This document shows positions 27,714 to 40,100 of a stretch of 48,383 nt of DNA, one piece after another; within the stretch, counting starts at the first letter, position 1, and every line of letters starts with the position of its first letter. The notes beneath the pieces were generated by a model, which saw only the letters and a program-made list of their open reading frames with translations, was not told the origin of the DNA and made no database searches. A program made the position numbers and the translations under genes. Origin of the DNA: an uncultured Gudongella sp. (GTDB taxonomy: Bacteria; Bacillota; Clostridia; Tissierellales; Tissierellaceae). The stretch covers positions 1-48,383 of the forward strand of contig CAZSLV010000001.1 in NCBI GenBank assembly GCA_964607545.1, written 5' to 3'.

Positions 27714-28271
27714 ATGTTGTTTATAATTGATATGCAAAATAAATACTTAGATGAAGGCGGAGAAGATTATATAAAGGGAGCTAAAGACTTAGTTCCCCTG
27801 GCAATTAAAAGGATTAAGGAATATGAAAAGAAAAATCACCCTATCTTATACACCCTAGATATAGAGATTAAGCCTGGTAAAGACCAAGAGGAAAATAACA
27901 ATGATTCTACTACAATTAAAAAGGGTGAGGACTCTTCAGATGGTAAGACAATTTGGGCTAATAGGCTTTATCCTCCCTTAGAACCTTATTTAAAAGACCA
28001 TAAGGAAGTTAAGAAGACTTACTATGCCCTTCCTCCTAAGAGCCTTTTAGAAATTCAAGAGGCCTATAAGGATAAGAAGGAGTTTTTAAAAGAAATTGAA
28101 TTTATTGGGGTGGAGACTAATATTTGTGTCCTTGCCAATGCAATTTGCATCCAAAGTGCCTTTCCTGATTCTAAGATTATAATTAATTCATCAATTACTA
28201 AGAGTAGGGACTTAAAAAACCATTCCATTGCCCTTAAGACCATGAAGGCCCTGGGTATGGAAATAATATAA
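27714..28271 (+). CDS. isochorismatase-family cysteine hydrolase (nicotinamidase-like)
   Basis: IIDMQN, KKTY, GVETNICV (D-K-C triad pattern); directly upstream of nadE. Confidence 0.8.
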   Translation: MLFIIDMQNKYLDEGGEDYIKGAKDLVPLAIKRIKEYEKKNHPILYTLDIEIKPGKDQEENNNDSTTIKKGEDSSDGKTIWANRLYPPLEPYLKDHKEVKKTYYALPPKSLLEIQEAYKDKKEFLKEIEFIGVETNICVLANAICIQSAFPDSKIIINSSITKSRDLKNHSIALKTMKALGMEII

Positions 28272-28285
28272 AGGAGAGAAATCTT

Positions 28286-29083
28286 ATGTTATTAAAGAAA
28301 CTTGATTTACTAGCTTTAAAAAAAGACCTTATTGAATGGACAAGGATAATGATGTTAAATACTAATGGAAAAATTGCTATAGTAGGGGTTTCTGGAGGTA
28401 AGGACAGCTCTGTGGTGGCAGCCCTATTAGTTGAAGCCCTGGGTAAGGAAAATGTAATAGGAGTCTTAATGCCAAATGGCATTCAAAATGATATATCATA
28501 CGCCAATGACCTAGTTGACTACCTAGGAATAGAATCTGTAGAAGTAAATATAAAATCAATTACTGATGAGATTCTTTTAGCTATTGGGTCCATAAAGAGT
28601 GACTTAATCCCTCTTATAACAGACCAAACTAGCTTAAATATCCCCCCTAGGGTAAGGATGACTATCCTTTATGGCATTTCTCAATCAATAGACCACAGCA
28701 GGGTTATAAACACCAGTAACCTATCGGAGGATTGGGTTGGGTATGCAACCATATATGGGGATACAGCGGGGGCCTTTTCCCCTCTAGGCAGGTTGACATC
28801 GGATGAAGTTGTTCAGCTTGGTGAGGTCCTAGGCCTTCCAGATAAGTTTTTATCCAAGGTCCCATCTGATGGCTTAACAGGTAAAACAGATGAGGATGTG
28901 TTTGGTTTTTCCTATGAAGTTTTAAATAAATATATTAGGGAAGGGACCATAAAAGAAGGGCCCATAAAGGAAAAAATAGATGCCATGCATAAGTATTCTA
29001 GACATAAGTTTTTACCTATACCAATGTTTAAGGCAAAGTTTCCAATTAAGGCAGATGATATAGCAGGGGTTTATAAGGATTAA
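28286..29083 (+). CDS. nadE: NH3-dependent NAD+ synthetase
   Basis: VGVSGGKDS, NIPPRVRM, NLSE..VGYATIYGD, PSDGL..KTDE. Confidence 0.92.
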   Translation: MLLKKLDLLALKKDLIEWTRIMMLNTNGKIAIVGVSGGKDSSVVAALLVEALGKENVIGVLMPNGIQNDISYANDLVDYLGIESVEVNIKSITDEILLAIGSIKSDLIPLITDQTSLNIPPRVRMTILYGISQSIDHSRVINTSNLSEDWVGYATIYGDTAGAFSPLGRLTSDEVVQLGEVLGLPDKFLSKVPSDGLTGKTDEDVFGFSYEVLNKYIREGTIKEGPIKEKIDAMHKYSRHKFLPIPMFKAKFPIKADDIAGVYKD

Positions 29084-29143
29084 AAAAATCCTCGGTAAGG
29101 CTTAATGACAAAATTTTTGTCATTTAGCCTACCGAGGATTTTT
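29083..29143. terminator. long bidirectional terminator between nadE and the ATPase operon
   Basis: AAAAAATCCTCGGTAAGGCTTAATGACAAAA...TTTTGTCATTTAGCCTACCGAGGATTTTT. Confidence 0.85.
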
Positions 29144-29171
29144 ATTTTTTTATTTTCCAAAATTTGTATTT

Positions 29172-29813
29172 TTAAGCTTCCTTGTTAATCATATCCTTAA
29201 CCTTCATAAGTCTTGTTATTGTACTTCTTTCGTTTTCATCAAGTTTCATCCTGATAAACCTTATAGTTTCAGTTAACTCTGGTATTGTCCTGTATTCTAG
29301 TGCATTTACCCTTCTTCTTGTCTTTTCAATTTCATCTGCCATCAACTGGGCAGATTTTTCAACCTGGGCTAGTTCCAAAAGACTTGGCATAATCCCATAT
29401 AGCATGGCTATAGCATCATCTAATTCTCCTGAGGTTTGAACAAAACCATATGGATAAATGCTCCCTGGATCATCTTCTAATTCCCTGATAAAGGTCATTA
29501 TTGGAACATGGACACTCATAACGTTTTTCTTCTTTATATCTACGCTTATCTTTTCTTTTGGAAAGGCAACTGCTGCCTCTAAGATTTCAGGAGAAAGAAC
29601 TCCACTTGCTAAAAGAAACTCATCATAAGCATTTTGTAAATTTTCTTCAACTTCCATCCGAAGTTTTTTATTCTTTTTTATAAGGTCAATAAACCTCCTC
29701 ATAAGCTCATCTTGCTTGTCTTTTAGGAGCTTGTGTCCCCTTATGGCTGTCTTTAACCTAGCCTTAAGCAGGGTTAGCTCCATACGAGTAGGGTTTACAT
29801 TTAATACAGCCAT
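29172..29813 (-). CDS. ntpD: V/A-type ATPase subunit D
   Basis: [29 protein letters not shown]. Confidence 0.95.
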   Translation of the reverse strand: MAVLNVNPTRMELTLLKARLKTAIRGHKLLKDKQDELMRRFIDLIKKNKKLRMEVEENLQNAYDEFLLASGVLSPEILEAAVAFPKEKISVDIKKKNVMSVHVPIMTFIRELEDDPGSIYPYGFVQTSGELDDAIAMLYGIMPSLLELAQVEKSAQLMADEIEKTRRRVNALEYRTIPELTETIRFIRMKLDENERSTITRLMKVKDMINKEA

Positions 29814-31202
29814 CTACTCATCCCCTTCGACTTCCACCGGAAGATATTTGTCAATATATTCTTGACGAATTCTCTTAAGCTCCCCTCTTGGAATTATCTT
29901 TAAGAGCTCCCAACCTAGGTCAAGAGTGTCAGTTATTGTCCTATTGTTACTATAACCTTGGTTTACATATTCAAGGTCAAATGCTTCTGCAAACTTAGCA
30001 AAGGCCTTGTCTGCTTCAGATAAGGCAGAGTCTCCAAGTATGGTTGCAAGTTCCCTTGCCTCTATTCCTGAAGTATAGGCTGCGTAAATTTGGTTCATGG
30101 TATCAGCATGGTCTTCTCTAGTCTTATCATCACCTATACCCTTATCCTTAAGCCTAGATAAGGATGGCACTACGTTTATTGGTGGTTCAATACCCCTTTT
30201 ATACAATTGACGGGAAAGGATTATTTGCCCTTCAGTTATATAGCCTGTTAAGTCAGGGATTGGATGGGTTATATCATCCTCTGGCATGGTTAAGATTGGA
30301 ATTTGTGTTATAGAACCCTTTCTACCCCTTATCCTACCAGCCCTTTCATATATTGTTGAAAGGTCAGTGTAAAGGTAACCTGGGTAACCCCTACGACCTG
30401 GTACTTCCTTTCTAGCTGCTGAAGTCTCACGAAGGGCCTCAGCATAGTTTGTCATATCTGTTAAGATTACTAGTACATGCATGTCTTTTTCATAGGCTAA
30501 ATACTCTGCGCAAGTAAGAGCCATCCTTGGAGTTGCAATTCTTTCAACCGCTGGGTCATCTGCAAGGTTTATAAATAAAACTGCCCTATCTATGGAACCT
30601 GTTCTTGTAAAGTCATCAATAAAAAACTGTGCTTCTTCAAAGGTAATACCCATAGCACCAAATACAACAGCAAACTTTTCTTGAGACCCAAGAACCTTAG
30701 CTTGTCTTGCTATTTGGGCAGCTACTTCCCCATGAGGAAGACCTGAACCTGAAAATATAGGAAGTTTTTGACCCCTTACCAGGGTGTTAAGTCCATCTAT
30801 ACAAGATATCCCTGTTTGTATAAACTCTTCAGGGTAGTCTCTTGATACTGGGTTAATAGGAACTCCGTTTATATCTACCTTTTTATCTGGTATAATGTTT
30901 GGCCCATTATCCTTTGGTCTTCCTAGACCATCAAATACACGGCCTATCATATCTTCTGAAACCCCAAGTTCTAGGGGTTTACCTAAAAACTTTACCCTTG
31001 TAGTTTTTAAATTGATTCCCGAGGATCCTTCAAATAACTGAACCATGGCCTTATCGCCATTTATTTCAAGAACACGACCTCTTCTTTTTTCTCCTGTTTG
31101 TAGCTCTATATCTACAAGTTCTTCGTATTTTACGCCTTCTACTCCATCCACTATCATTAGTGGCCCAACAACTTCTCTTACTGTATTGTATTCTTTACGC
31201 AT
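29814..31202 (-). CDS. ntpB: V/A-type ATPase subunit B
   Basis: [41 protein letters not shown]. Confidence 0.96.
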   Translation of the reverse strand: MRKEYNTVREVVGPLMIVDGVEGVKYEELVDIELQTGEKRRGRVLEINGDKAMVQLFEGSSGINLKTTRVKFLGKPLELGVSEDMIGRVFDGLGRPKDNGPNIIPDKKVDINGVPINPVSRDYPEEFIQTGISCIDGLNTLVRGQKLPIFSGSGLPHGEVAAQIARQAKVLGSQEKFAVVFGAMGITFEEAQFFIDDFTRTGSIDRAVLFINLADDPAVERIATPRMALTCAEYLAYEKDMHVLVILTDMTNYAEALRETSAARKEVPGRRGYPGYLYTDLSTIYERAGRIRGRKGSITQIPILTMPEDDITHPIPDLTGYITEGQIILSRQLYKRGIEPPINVVPSLSRLKDKGIGDDKTREDHADTMNQIYAAYTSGIEARELATILGDSALSEADKAFAKFAEAFDLEYVNQGYSNNRTITDTLDLGWELLKIIPRGELKRIRQEYIDKYLPVEVEGDE

Positions 31203-32958
31203 CTAGGATCCCCCCTTCCTCAATTAATTTATTTATTTCTTCTTTTAAGTCTGTTCTTATTTGTTCTATATCTTGTATTTTTTCTTCTTCTATATACTTT
31301 GCCCTAGCTATTCTTTCTCTAATTGGCATATTTTCTATGGACTTAAGATAAACTCCTTTTTCAAGGGCCTTCATACCTAGGTCATAAAATTCCAATACTA
31401 ATTTAAGCATTACATTTTGCTTTTCTAAGGAACAGAAGGTATCAACATCATGGAAGGCATTTTGCTGTAAATAATCTTCCCTGATAGACTTTGTAGCTTC
31501 TAGCTTTAATTGGTCTTCATAGGAAAGCGAATCCCTACCAACCAGTCTAACAATCTCTTGTAGGGCTGACTCTTCTTGTAAAAGGTTCATTGCCTTTGCC
31601 CTATTTCTTGCAAACTCAGGGTCTATATTTGCAGCCATCCACTGGTCCATTTTGGTTTGATAAAGGGTATATGAGTTTAACCAGTTAATAGCTGGGAAGT
31701 GTCTCTTATAAGAAAGTGAATGGTCAAGTCCCCAGAATACTTTAACAATCCTTAGGGTAGCTTGGGAAACTGGTTCTGATATATCTCCACCTGGTGGGGA
31801 TACAGCTCCTATTACTGTTATTGCACCCTCTCTATCATCTGAACCATTGCATATTACCTTTCCTGCCCTTTCATAAAAGGCAGCAGCACGTGACCCAAGA
31901 TAAGCAGGATAACCTTCATCCCCTGGCATCTCCTCAAGACGACCAGACATTTCTCTTAAGGCCTCAGCCCACCTTGAAGTTGAGTCTGCCATGATGGCAA
32001 CTGAATAACCCATATCCCTAAAGTACTCAGCTAGGGTAATACCTGTGTATATGGATGCCTCCCTTGCTGCAACTGGCATGTTGGAAGTATTAGCTATAAG
32101 AACAGTCCTCTTCATTAAAGACTCCCCAGTAGCTGGGTCAATAATTTCAGGGAATTCCATTAGTACATCCGTCATCTCATTTCCACGTTCTCCGCAACCT
32201 ACATAAACTACAATTTCTGTATCTGCCCACTTGGCAAGCTGGTGCTGAACAACTGTCTTACCTGAACCAAAGGGGCCTGGTATAGCTGCAGTTCCACCCT
32301 TGGCAACTGGGAAGAAGGTATCTATTACCCTTTGTCCTGTTAAAAGAGGGACATTGGGGTCTAGCTTTTGCTTATATGGCCTACCCTTTCTTACTGGCCA
32401 TTTTTGCATCATTTGTATCTTTTTATCATTATCTAAGGTTGCAATATCTTCAATTACTGTAAATTCACCAGACTTTATATCTGTTATTTCTCCACTTACT
32501 CCTATGGGTACCATTATCTTATGGACTACTATTGGGGTTTCTTGAACTGTACCAATAATATCTCCACCTTCAACCTTATCGCCTACTTTTTTTACAGGTT
32601 GAAAGTCCCATTTTTTTACCCTATCTAAGTTTTCTACCTTGGTCCCCCTAGTCATAAAGTCACCTGACTTTAGTCTGTATTCTTCTAGGGGTCTTTGAAT
32701 CCCATCAAACATTGCTTCTATAAGGCCCGGCCCTAATTCTACTGAAAGTGGTTCCCCAGTTGTGTACACTGGATCCCCAGGCCCAATACCTGTAGTTTCT
32801 TCGTAAACTTGGATAGATGCCCTATCCCCTCTCATCTCTATGATTTCACCAACTAATCTAAAGTCGGAAACTTCTACTACATCATATACATTCGCCTCGT
32901 CCATTCCTTCAGCAACAACTAAAGGTCCAGATACTTTTACTATTTTCCCTACTTTCAA
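31195..32958 (-). CDS. ntpA: V/A-type ATPase subunit A
   Basis: GPFGSGKT P-loop, [22 protein letters not shown]. Confidence 0.96.
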   Translation of the reverse strand: MKVGKIVKVSGPLVVAEGMDEANVYDVVEVSDFRLVGEIIEMRGDRASIQVYEETTGIGPGDPVYTTGEPLSVELGPGLIEAMFDGIQRPLEEYRLKSGDFMTRGTKVENLDRVKKWDFQPVKKVGDKVEGGDIIGTVQETPIVVHKIMVPIGVSGEITDIKSGEFTVIEDIATLDNDKKIQMMQKWPVRKGRPYKQKLDPNVPLLTGQRVIDTFFPVAKGGTAAIPGPFGSGKTVVQHQLAKWADTEIVVYVGCGERGNEMTDVLMEFPEIIDPATGESLMKRTVLIANTSNMPVAAREASIYTGITLAEYFRDMGYSVAIMADSTSRWAEALREMSGRLEEMPGDEGYPAYLGSRAAAFYERAGKVICNGSDDREGAITVIGAVSPPGGDISEPVSQATLRIVKVFWGLDHSLSYKRHFPAINWLNSYTLYQTKMDQWMAANIDPEFARNRAKAMNLLQEESALQEIVRLVGRDSLSYEDQLKLEATKSIREDYLQQNAFHDVDTFCSLEKQNVMLKLVLEFYDLGMKALEKGVYLKSIENMPIRERIARAKYIEEEKIQDIEQIRTDLKEEINKLIEEGGILDA

Positions 32959-32974
32959 GATAAGCCCTCGCTTT

Positions 32975-33283
32975 CTATAAAATATTTGATCCTATGGCTT
33001 TTTCAACATTCTTGTTTATTCTTTCCATTCCGATATTTAAACTTCCCTGATTACTTGGAATCAAAATAACCGCAGGGATTATCTCTTTGTCATATCTTTC
33101 TATGGAATCTGGGATAAGCTTTGCTATTTGCTCTGTTATGAAAATTACCCCATATTCCTTCCTTGCAATTGTATCTAAAGTTTTTCTTGCTTCATCCGCC
33201 TTAGATACTTTAAAAACATCAATTCCCAAAGCTTTAAATGTTAAAGCTGAATCTCTATCTCCAATTACAGCTACCTTAAACAT
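32975..33283 (-). CDS. V/A-type ATPase subunit F
   Basis: [23 protein letters not shown]; start ATG 33283 assumed. Confidence 0.9.
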   Translation of the reverse strand: MFKVAVIGDRDSALTFKALGIDVFKVSKADEARKTLDTIARKEYGVIFITEQIAKLIPDSIERYDKEIIPAVILIPSNQGSLNIGMERINKNVEKAIGSNIL

Positions 33284-34277
33284 ATAAATCACGCAGCCTT
33301 TCTCTAATGGCTTGTGGTGGTATATTATTATTTTTTGAAACCATTATAATACGTATAGTCTTTATTTCTATTTCTTTTGCATATATATAGGAAAAAATTG
33401 GCTCTGGTCCAAACACTATATACTTAGATGGCTTGTTTAGCCCCATAAGGTGGTTGTCCATATGCTTGTCAATTTTTCTTAAGTGGCCTGTAGCTTGAAA
33501 TTCTTCTAGGGCCCTAACTAGGTCTGGACTAATCTTTGCATACCTAAACTTATTAATCATAACATCTAGGGTGTCGTTTAAACTAGCAATAATATCTTCC
33601 TTTGGAATGTTTCCATTAAACAATATTACATCCTTGAAAAATTTTACATCCTTACCTTGTTTCTTTAATCTTATAGCAGTAGTAATATTTAAAAAGTCTA
33701 TCCCATCTCTTACATAATCTATAAATAAATCTACCCCTGTTGAAAGAGCAAGGTTATATAGGACTCTAAAGTAATACCTATCAACTAAGATATCTATTCT
33801 TTGGGGGTCCTTGTTTTCCTCATAATCCTTAAGAACATATTCAATAGGCTTTCTAAACCTTGGCTCTATAGATTTTAGGTCTCCTGCTGCAAAAAAGGAC
33901 TTAAGTTTTTTAAAGTCAATGGAACCAAATGGAATATAAAGGTGGTCTAGGTCAGACCCCATTAGTTTCTCTTTTAACATAACTTTTATATTATGAAAAT
34001 CATACTTTAAAGTGAACAAATCTACTACTTCACTTGAAGGGGAAATTTCCCTCATAAGCTTGAATATTCTTATATGTTCTAAAGTAAGAATGTCTTCATA
34101 ACTCCTATCTTTTGAAGCTTGAGCTACTGATGCTGCATATTCTGTATCCCCAAGTATACGAAGAACCTCTTCTACATCCTTAGCCTCTACCATTTTTTCA
34201 ATAGTAGATGCCTTTAGAAGCCTGTTTTCAAGGACTCTGATACTCGTTACCGCTTGGGTAAACTCCATTCTATCCAT
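33276..34277 (-). CDS. ntpC: V/A-type ATPase subunit C
   Basis: [32 protein letters not shown]. Confidence 0.92.
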   Translation of the reverse strand: MDRMEFTQAVTSIRVLENRLLKASTIEKMVEAKDVEEVLRILGDTEYAASVAQASKDRSYEDILTLEHIRIFKLMREISPSSEVVDLFTLKYDFHNIKVMLKEKLMGSDLDHLYIPFGSIDFKKLKSFFAAGDLKSIEPRFRKPIEYVLKDYEENKDPQRIDILVDRYYFRVLYNLALSTGVDLFIDYVRDGIDFLNITTAIRLKKQGKDVKFFKDVILFNGNIPKEDIIASLNDTLDVMINKFRYAKISPDLVRALEEFQATGHLRKIDKHMDNHLMGLNKPSKYIVFGPEPIFSYIYAKEIEIKTIRIIMVSKNNNIPPQAIRERLRDLYV

Positions 34278-34294
34278 GAACTCACTCCTATTCT

Positions 34295-34846
34295 TTAAAA
34301 GAGTTTCTCAACTATCAATGATTCAACTTCTCCCCTTATTTCATCAACAAAGGAGTTGAAATCATAATTGTATATTATGTCTTTATCAATAATCATAAAA
34401 CCAGACCCTAAAGATTCATCTTCTTCTACCTTGATCTTTGAACTTATGCCCTCTAATACTTTTTTCTTTCCCTTAGGTACATTTAATACAGCATCCTTAG
34501 AGTAGTGAAGTTCTTTTAATAAGTTTTCAACAAAGCTAAGGTAAGTTTTATCATCAAGTGCTAGAAGTTCATCCTTGACAGTCTGGAAAACTTTATCTAA
34601 AACAGCATGCTTAATAACAAGCTTTTGATCCCTAATTTTTAGTTCTGCGCTTGATATTACTCTTTCCTTCATCATGGCTGCTTCTTGTTCAGCCTTTTCT
34701 AATATCTTTACTTTTCTATCGTTTGCTTCCCTAACCCTACTTGTAACTATTGCTTGAGCCTTCTTGTCAGCATTAGTTTTAATTTCATCAGCCTTTGTTT
34801 TAGCATCATCTATAATCCTTTGGGTAAGGTTCTCTAAATTTGACAT
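34295..34846 (-). CDS. ntpE: V/A-type ATPase subunit E
   Basis: Coiled-coil N-terminus MSNLENLTQRI, GF..NYDF C-terminal motif; operon position. Confidence 0.88.
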   Translation of the reverse strand: MSNLENLTQRIIDDAKTKADEIKTNADKKAQAIVTSRVREANDRKVKILEKAEQEAAMMKERVISSAELKIRDQKLVIKHAVLDKVFQTVKDELLALDDKTYLSFVENLLKELHYSKDAVLNVPKGKKKVLEGISSKIKVEEDESLGSGFMIIDKDIIYNYDFNSFVDEIRGEVESLIVEKLF

Positions 34847-34867
34847 AGATTCACATCCTAACTTTTA

Positions 34868-35359
<492 letters not shown>

Positions 35360-35376
35360 TTACATTTCCCCCTAAC

Positions 35377-37323
35377 TTATCTTAAGTTTATATATTTTGG
35401 TTTACTTCTGAAATCTTTAAACTTTTGCCCTCCGCCTTCGTAGAACTTTGAAAAGAATTCTACAAATATCAACCTAATTGAATGGACATAAGCTCCTAAA
35501 AAGCTTAAGCCTAGGTTAAAAGTTTGTCCAAATATAAATATTACTATAGCAGCTACAAATCCTATTGGACCCTTATCAGCTACCATACCAGCCATCATAT
35601 TTACTGCCCCTGCAATAAAACCTCCTGCAAGTCCTAGGGCCATAAGTCTAGAGTAGGACACAAAGTCCCCTACATAGCCTGTAATCCCATATAAGGAGTA
35701 AAGTCCTCCCCCAACCTTTCCAACTGCTCCTGTGGCTTCCCTGCCACCTGTAACGACGATTCCCACCATACCACCTATCATGACATAAAAGGATATGGTC
35801 TTTGCTATCTCAGGTAAGTCAATTACCATATTTAACAAGTAGACAATTGCACCTGTTAAGGCTATATACCAAAATCCTACATCATATAAGGCATCCTTGT
35901 ACTTCTTATCCCTAATAGCTATATAGGCCTTTAAGGCTAAGCCATAGTATATTTGTATAAAACCAAATATTATAGACAAAATCAACAAGGTGTTATAGTC
36001 TGTTGCTGGTTCAAACACTCCCTTTAAAGGTATTATTCCTCCAAATATTGAACCATATAAGAATCCCCATATTAAAACGGAGAAACTTAGGTAGTAGAAA
36101 AACTTAATGAAAGCCTTGGTCTTTTCTTTTAAATTAAAGTACTTTAGAACTAAAAAGGTTCCAAGTAACATAATTACTCCATATCCAACATCCGCAGCCA
36201 TCATTCCAAAGAATATTAAATAAAAGGGTGCTAGAAGTGGGGTAGGATCTATTTCATCATACCTTGGCAAGGCATACATTTCTGTTAGCGATTCAAAAGG
36301 CTTTACAAAGCCTGAGTTATCTAACAATATTGGGGTATTCCTATCTTCTTTTCTTGCATCGTTTGTTTGAAGGTAGTATATATTCCCTAGGGTAGCCTTT
36401 AACTTTTCTTCAAATTCATCTTTTCTTTCTGTAGGTACAAATCCTTTAATAACATTTACTTGATCAGTTACTAAGAAATTCTCAGCAGCTGCTATTCTTA
36501 ACTTCTTATTGTTCAAGTACTCATATGTTATTTCTAAGTCTGATAGATTGATTGTTGCTTCTTCAAGGGCCTTGTCCATAACTTCAATTTCATCATCTAG
36601 AAGCTTTATCTTTTCCTCTAAAATTTCAATCTCTTCGCTAGGTTTATTTTCACCCTTTAAAACTACCTTTGCAAAACTTGCGTTTCTTAAGTTTTCTTTT
36701 ACATTTTCAGCTTCATCACCATAGGATATTGCAACAATATATGCGTTATCCTTATCCTCTCCAACTACTTCATAATGTGTATTTTCATAACCTGACAAGT
36801 TTTCTACAAGCATTTCTTGTAAATTTACAGGGATAGTTCCTATATATAAGACTGCCTCTTGTAAATTTTCTAAATAGGATATGGGAATATCTAAAGTCTT
36901 CCAAGGTTTTAACTCTTCTATTGTAAGCCTTGACTTATCCTTTTCTCCTTTAAAACCTTCCCTTTTTCTCCAAAGCTCACGGACATTTTGATAAATAGGC
37001 ATGTAGTCAATTTCCGAAGCTTTTTCTTCTAATTCTTCAAAAGTGTAATTTGAAAGCCCGGTCCTCATGGCCTTTAAACCACTTTCCTTGTGGTGATATT
37101 TAGAAAGTATATCTATGCCAGCATTTACCCTACTAATATCTTCATCAACAGCAACCAAGTTCTCTGGCACCTTGACACTTCTTAATCCCATTTCTGTTAG
37201 GTCCTCATCTTGTTCAAGATCTAGAAAATGAACATATTCAAACTTTTGAAGTTCATGGAGAAGATTTTCTTTTTCTGAATCAAAGGCAAATAAACTGAAT
37301 TCAGTCATTTTAACTATTGCCAT
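35377..37323 (-). CDS. ntpI: V/A-type ATPase subunit I
   Basis: P.Y.EIDPT, FFGMM.D.GYG, SYSRLMALGL, HSIRL.FVEFF. Confidence 0.95.
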   Translation of the reverse strand: MAIVKMTEFSLFAFDSEKENLLHELQKFEYVHFLDLEQDEDLTEMGLRSVKVPENLVAVDEDISRVNAGIDILSKYHHKESGLKAMRTGLSNYTFEELEEKASEIDYMPIYQNVRELWRKREGFKGEKDKSRLTIEELKPWKTLDIPISYLENLQEAVLYIGTIPVNLQEMLVENLSGYENTHYEVVGEDKDNAYIVAISYGDEAENVKENLRNASFAKVVLKGENKPSEEIEILEEKIKLLDDEIEVMDKALEEATINLSDLEITYEYLNNKKLRIAAAENFLVTDQVNVIKGFVPTERKDEFEEKLKATLGNIYYLQTNDARKEDRNTPILLDNSGFVKPFESLTEMYALPRYDEIDPTPLLAPFYLIFFGMMAADVGYGVIMLLGTFLVLKYFNLKEKTKAFIKFFYYLSFSVLIWGFLYGSIFGGIIPLKGVFEPATDYNTLLILSIIFGFIQIYYGLALKAYIAIRDKKYKDALYDVGFWYIALTGAIVYLLNMVIDLPEIAKTISFYVMIGGMVGIVVTGGREATGAVGKVGGGLYSLYGITGYVGDFVSYSRLMALGLAGGFIAGAVNMMAGMVADKGPIGFVAAIVIFIFGQTFNLGLSFLGAYVHSIRLIFVEFFSKFYEGGGQKFKDFRSKPKYINLR

Positions 37324-37636
37324 TTTTATTCACAATCCTCTCAATTACTATATTGGTTACTTCCTTAAGCTTGTTTTCTTCGAGTTTCTCCAACATCTCA
37401 GCTTCAGCTTTCCCTTTTTCAAGGATTGGCTTTGCTATGGCTTCGCCCTCTGTAACCGCAATTCTTTTAATTTCCTCTGCTTCCTTACTAGCTTCTAAAA
37501 TAATTGTATTATATTCTTCTTCGGCTTTTTGATAAGATTCATCAAGGGTTTTTTTACTATATACTGCCACATCCTCTAAAATCTTCTTAGCCGTTTCTTC
37601 AGCTTTTTTTACTGCTAAGATAGCTTCTGTTGCCAT
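37310..37636 (-). CDS. V/A-type ATPase subunit H/G (peripheral stalk)
   Basis: Charged coiled-coil, first gene of the operon, ends ...IVIERIV. Confidence 0.8.
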   Translation of the reverse strand: MATEAILAVKKAEETAKKILEDVAVYSKKTLDESYQKAEEEYNTIILEASKEAEEIKRIAVTEGEAIAKPILEKGKAEAEMLEKLEENKLKEVTNIVIERIVNKNGNS

Positions 37637-37697
37637 CGCTTCACCTCCTAAAATTTTATGTGTATTTTTATAAAACTCATTATGCCTATATTAATCA

Positions 37698-37726
37698 ATT
37701 TTATATCAATTTGTCAGATAAATCAA
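37698..37726 (-). promoter_or_regulatory. sigma-A type promoter of the ATPase operon
   Basis: Minus strand TTGATT-N17-TAAAAT. Confidence 0.5.
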
Positions 37727-37789
37727 TAATTTGCGAAATATTTATCAAAATAATTCATCTTATTTTAGGGACTAAATTTATCTTTTAAC

Positions 37790-38206
37790 CTACAATGGCT
37801 CAATTACATCATTTAGCCTAATATTTCCAGATTTAATTATTTTTGCAAAAGTAGCATTTTCGACAAGTGGACAATACAAGTTGTCAATTATGTTCTTACA
37901 TTCAGGGAAACACTTTTTATTTTCCCTAGTTACTTGTATTCTTGCCTCACCTATTTTATATATCCCCCCCTTTGTTAAAGCATCCCCACTATAGGTTAAG
38001 TTTTCCATATACCTTCTTATACAAAGCCCCTCAACATCACCCTTATTTATCATGCTTCTTACTTTTAAGGGGAGAAGAGAAATTTGCCTCTGGCCGCCTT
38101 TTGCATTTTTATCATCTTCAAGACCCTTTCCCTCTATAAGATAGGCCTTGTCTAATTCTAGTAAATCTCCATTTTTATTCTTAATACTTATGGCTACAAT
38201 TTTCAT
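37790..38206 (-). CDS. MOSC-domain protein
   Basis: GLEDD, RQISLL, ENL, IGEA.IQVT, KKC, FAKIIKSG.I..ND. Confidence 0.8.
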   Translation of the reverse strand: MKIVAISIKNKNGDLLELDKAYLIEGKGLEDDKNAKGGQRQISLLPLKVRSMINKGDVEGLCIRRYMENLTYSGDALTKGGIYKIGEARIQVTRENKKCFPECKNIIDNLYCPLVENATFAKIIKSGNIRLNDVIEPL

Positions 38207-38274
38207 TTTTTCTCCTTTGGAATGTGGTTATAGTTTTTCATGCTAATATAGGCTTAAAACTTATTCTTACCTAC

Positions 38275-38320
38275 AAAAAGGACCTCTTACCTGTTAGTTT
38301 TATTTAACAGTAAGTAGGTC
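38275..38320 (-). terminator. terminator after the GNAT gene
   Basis: Imperfect hairpin GACCT-CTTAC-CTGTTA...TAACAG-TAAG-TAGGTC with a minus-strand T run. Confidence 0.55.
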
Positions 38321-38345
38321 ATTTAATATATTATTACTTTCTTAT

Positions 38346-38624
38346 TTACTTCATTAAAACATCCGAATATTCAGGTCTTTTTTCGAACTCTCTTTTTGCA
38401 TAGGGACATAGGGGAATTATTTTTATATTATTCATTCTTGCTTGGTTTACTAACTCAGCAACTAGCTTTGTTCCAACACCATCTCCCCCATATTTCTCAT
38501 CAACTAGTGTATGGTCAATAATCCACAAGTTATTTGATTTAGAATAAGTGGATTCACCTACATTTTCACCTTCATCATAGGCTGCTGAACGATTTTTTTC
38601 AGGCTCATAAATAATTTTAATCAT
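38346..38624 (-). CDS. YjdJ-like GNAT acetyltransferase
   Basis: IIDHT.V....G.G.G..LV, KIIPLCPYA. Confidence 0.88.
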   Translation of the reverse strand: MIKIIYEPEKNRSAAYDEGENVGESTYSKSNNLWIIDHTLVDEKYGGDGVGTKLVAELVNQARMNNIKIIPLCPYAKREFEKRPEYSDVLMK

Positions 38625-38669
38625 GCTCTTCCTACTTTCTAATTATTCTCCCAACTTTAACATTTCACA

Positions 38670-39572
38670 TTATTTTTTATTCTTCTCCATCTTTAATTCT
38701 TTAAAAAAGTGATTAGTATTTTCCCACTGTAAATATTCCATTGCTTTTTTATTTGAAGCAGACATAAATTCTATAACCTGGGAGGTTTTTACATCATTTA
38801 TATTATCTTTTATTTCGTAAAGATATTCTGCCATTTTGGAAGAAAAGTAACTTCCAGGTGGGAAAGTATCATCTACTTCTAATTCTACACTATCCACAAA
38901 AGGATAGGGAAGTATAAAGAAGGTTGGATATTCAAAATTATCATCCCCCAACCAAAAACCAAACTCTATCATATGCTCGTCAAAAGCAGCTCTTTCAATT
39001 ATTTTACTATCATCTGGAAAAGCTTCAAATTTATTATACATAAGGATAGATGAAACATCAAAAGTCCCCCAGAATAAACCCGGATAGACCTTTCTTTGTC
39101 TTATAGGTCCTATAAAGAGTAATTGTGCATCCCATGCAAACTGGAACCATTTAAGAATCTCCCTACTTGCATCTTGACTATAGCGATCATTAAAAGTATC
39201 GTCTTCAAATGCTACCTTCCACTCCATTTCTTGAGGATTAGTTTGTATAGAAAGGGGCAGACCTAAATCGTGTAAGCTTGATATAAGTTCATTATAATAT
39301 TGGCTTACAGATTTCCCATCCTCTAGCCTTATGTCCATTTTCTTATCATCTTTTCTAATCATAATTACACTTTTTAATAAGTCTACTTCAATATCAAAAT
39401 AAGAATCCTCATACTTAAGTAAGCCTGTAGTAAAACCTCGTGTTGTTATATCTAGCATAGTATGGGCCCACTGAGGTTCTTGCACAGCATATTCAAGCTT
39501 TACCTTGCCAATAATCTGTGAAATAAGATGAAGTGTCCTAATTTCTTTTTTATATTTTTTATATAAACTCAT
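38670..39572 (-). CDS. DUF5996-like hypothetical protein
   Basis: TLHL..QIIGKVKL, W.H, RGFTT, FWGTFD, GFW.GD, F...PYP pattern (family recalled from memory). Confidence 0.65.
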   Translation of the reverse strand: MSLYKKYKKEIRTLHLISQIIGKVKLEYAVQEPQWAHTMLDITTRGFTTGLLKYEDSYFDIEVDLLKSVIMIRKDDKKMDIRLEDGKSVSQYYNELISSLHDLGLPLSIQTNPQEMEWKVAFEDDTFNDRYSQDASREILKWFQFAWDAQLLFIGPIRQRKVYPGLFWGTFDVSSILMYNKFEAFPDDSKIIERAAFDEHMIEFGFWLGDDNFEYPTFFILPYPFVDSVELEVDDTFPPGSYFSSKMAEYLYEIKDNINDVKTSQVIEFMSASNKKAMEYLQWENTNHFFKELKMEKNKK

Positions 39573-39647
39573 CCGAATCCGCTCCTAAGTACATACTACC
39601 CAACTTAAATTAAAAATCATATAATTTAATTAATATTTTTATTTTCC

Positions 39648-40100
39648 TTAAGGGTTTATAAATATATTGTTTTTTATGTTAGATAGACTAATTGAGGTGG
39701 ATGAAGTGAGCACATCTGCGCTCTTTCTAAGAGAATCTAGCAAGTTGCCCAAACTTTCTGGGCTTTCGGTCACTATTTTTAGTACATATTCGTATTCTCC
39801 TGTAATTAAATGGCATTCCATTATGTCATCATTTAATTCAACAAATTTCCTAAAACTTTCAAGTTGCCCCTCACTATATCTTAAAGTTATAAAAGTAAAG
39901 CAAGTTAGGGTTTTGTTGAATTTATCAGGATTTAAAATTACAGTATATTTTTCTATGTAGCCATTCTTTTCTAACTTCTTTATTCTTTCTGAAACTGCTG
40001 GTAGGGAAAGATTGACAATTGAGCTAATGGTGGAAAGTCCCATCCTAGCATCTTCTGTTAATTGTTTCAATATTTGTAGATCAATACTATCTAATTTCAT
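39648..40100 (-). CDS. Lrp/AsnC-family regulator
   Basis: LDSIDLQIL..L..DAR, LSLPAVSERIKKLE..GYI, CHLITGEYEY. Confidence 0.92.
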   Translation of the reverse strand: MKLDSIDLQILKQLTEDARMGLSTISSIVNLSLPAVSERIKKLEKNGYIEKYTVILNPDKFNKTLTCFTFITLRYSEGQLESFRKFVELNDDIMECHLITGEYEYVLKIVTESPESLGNLLDSLRKSADVLTSSTSISLSNIKNNIFINP

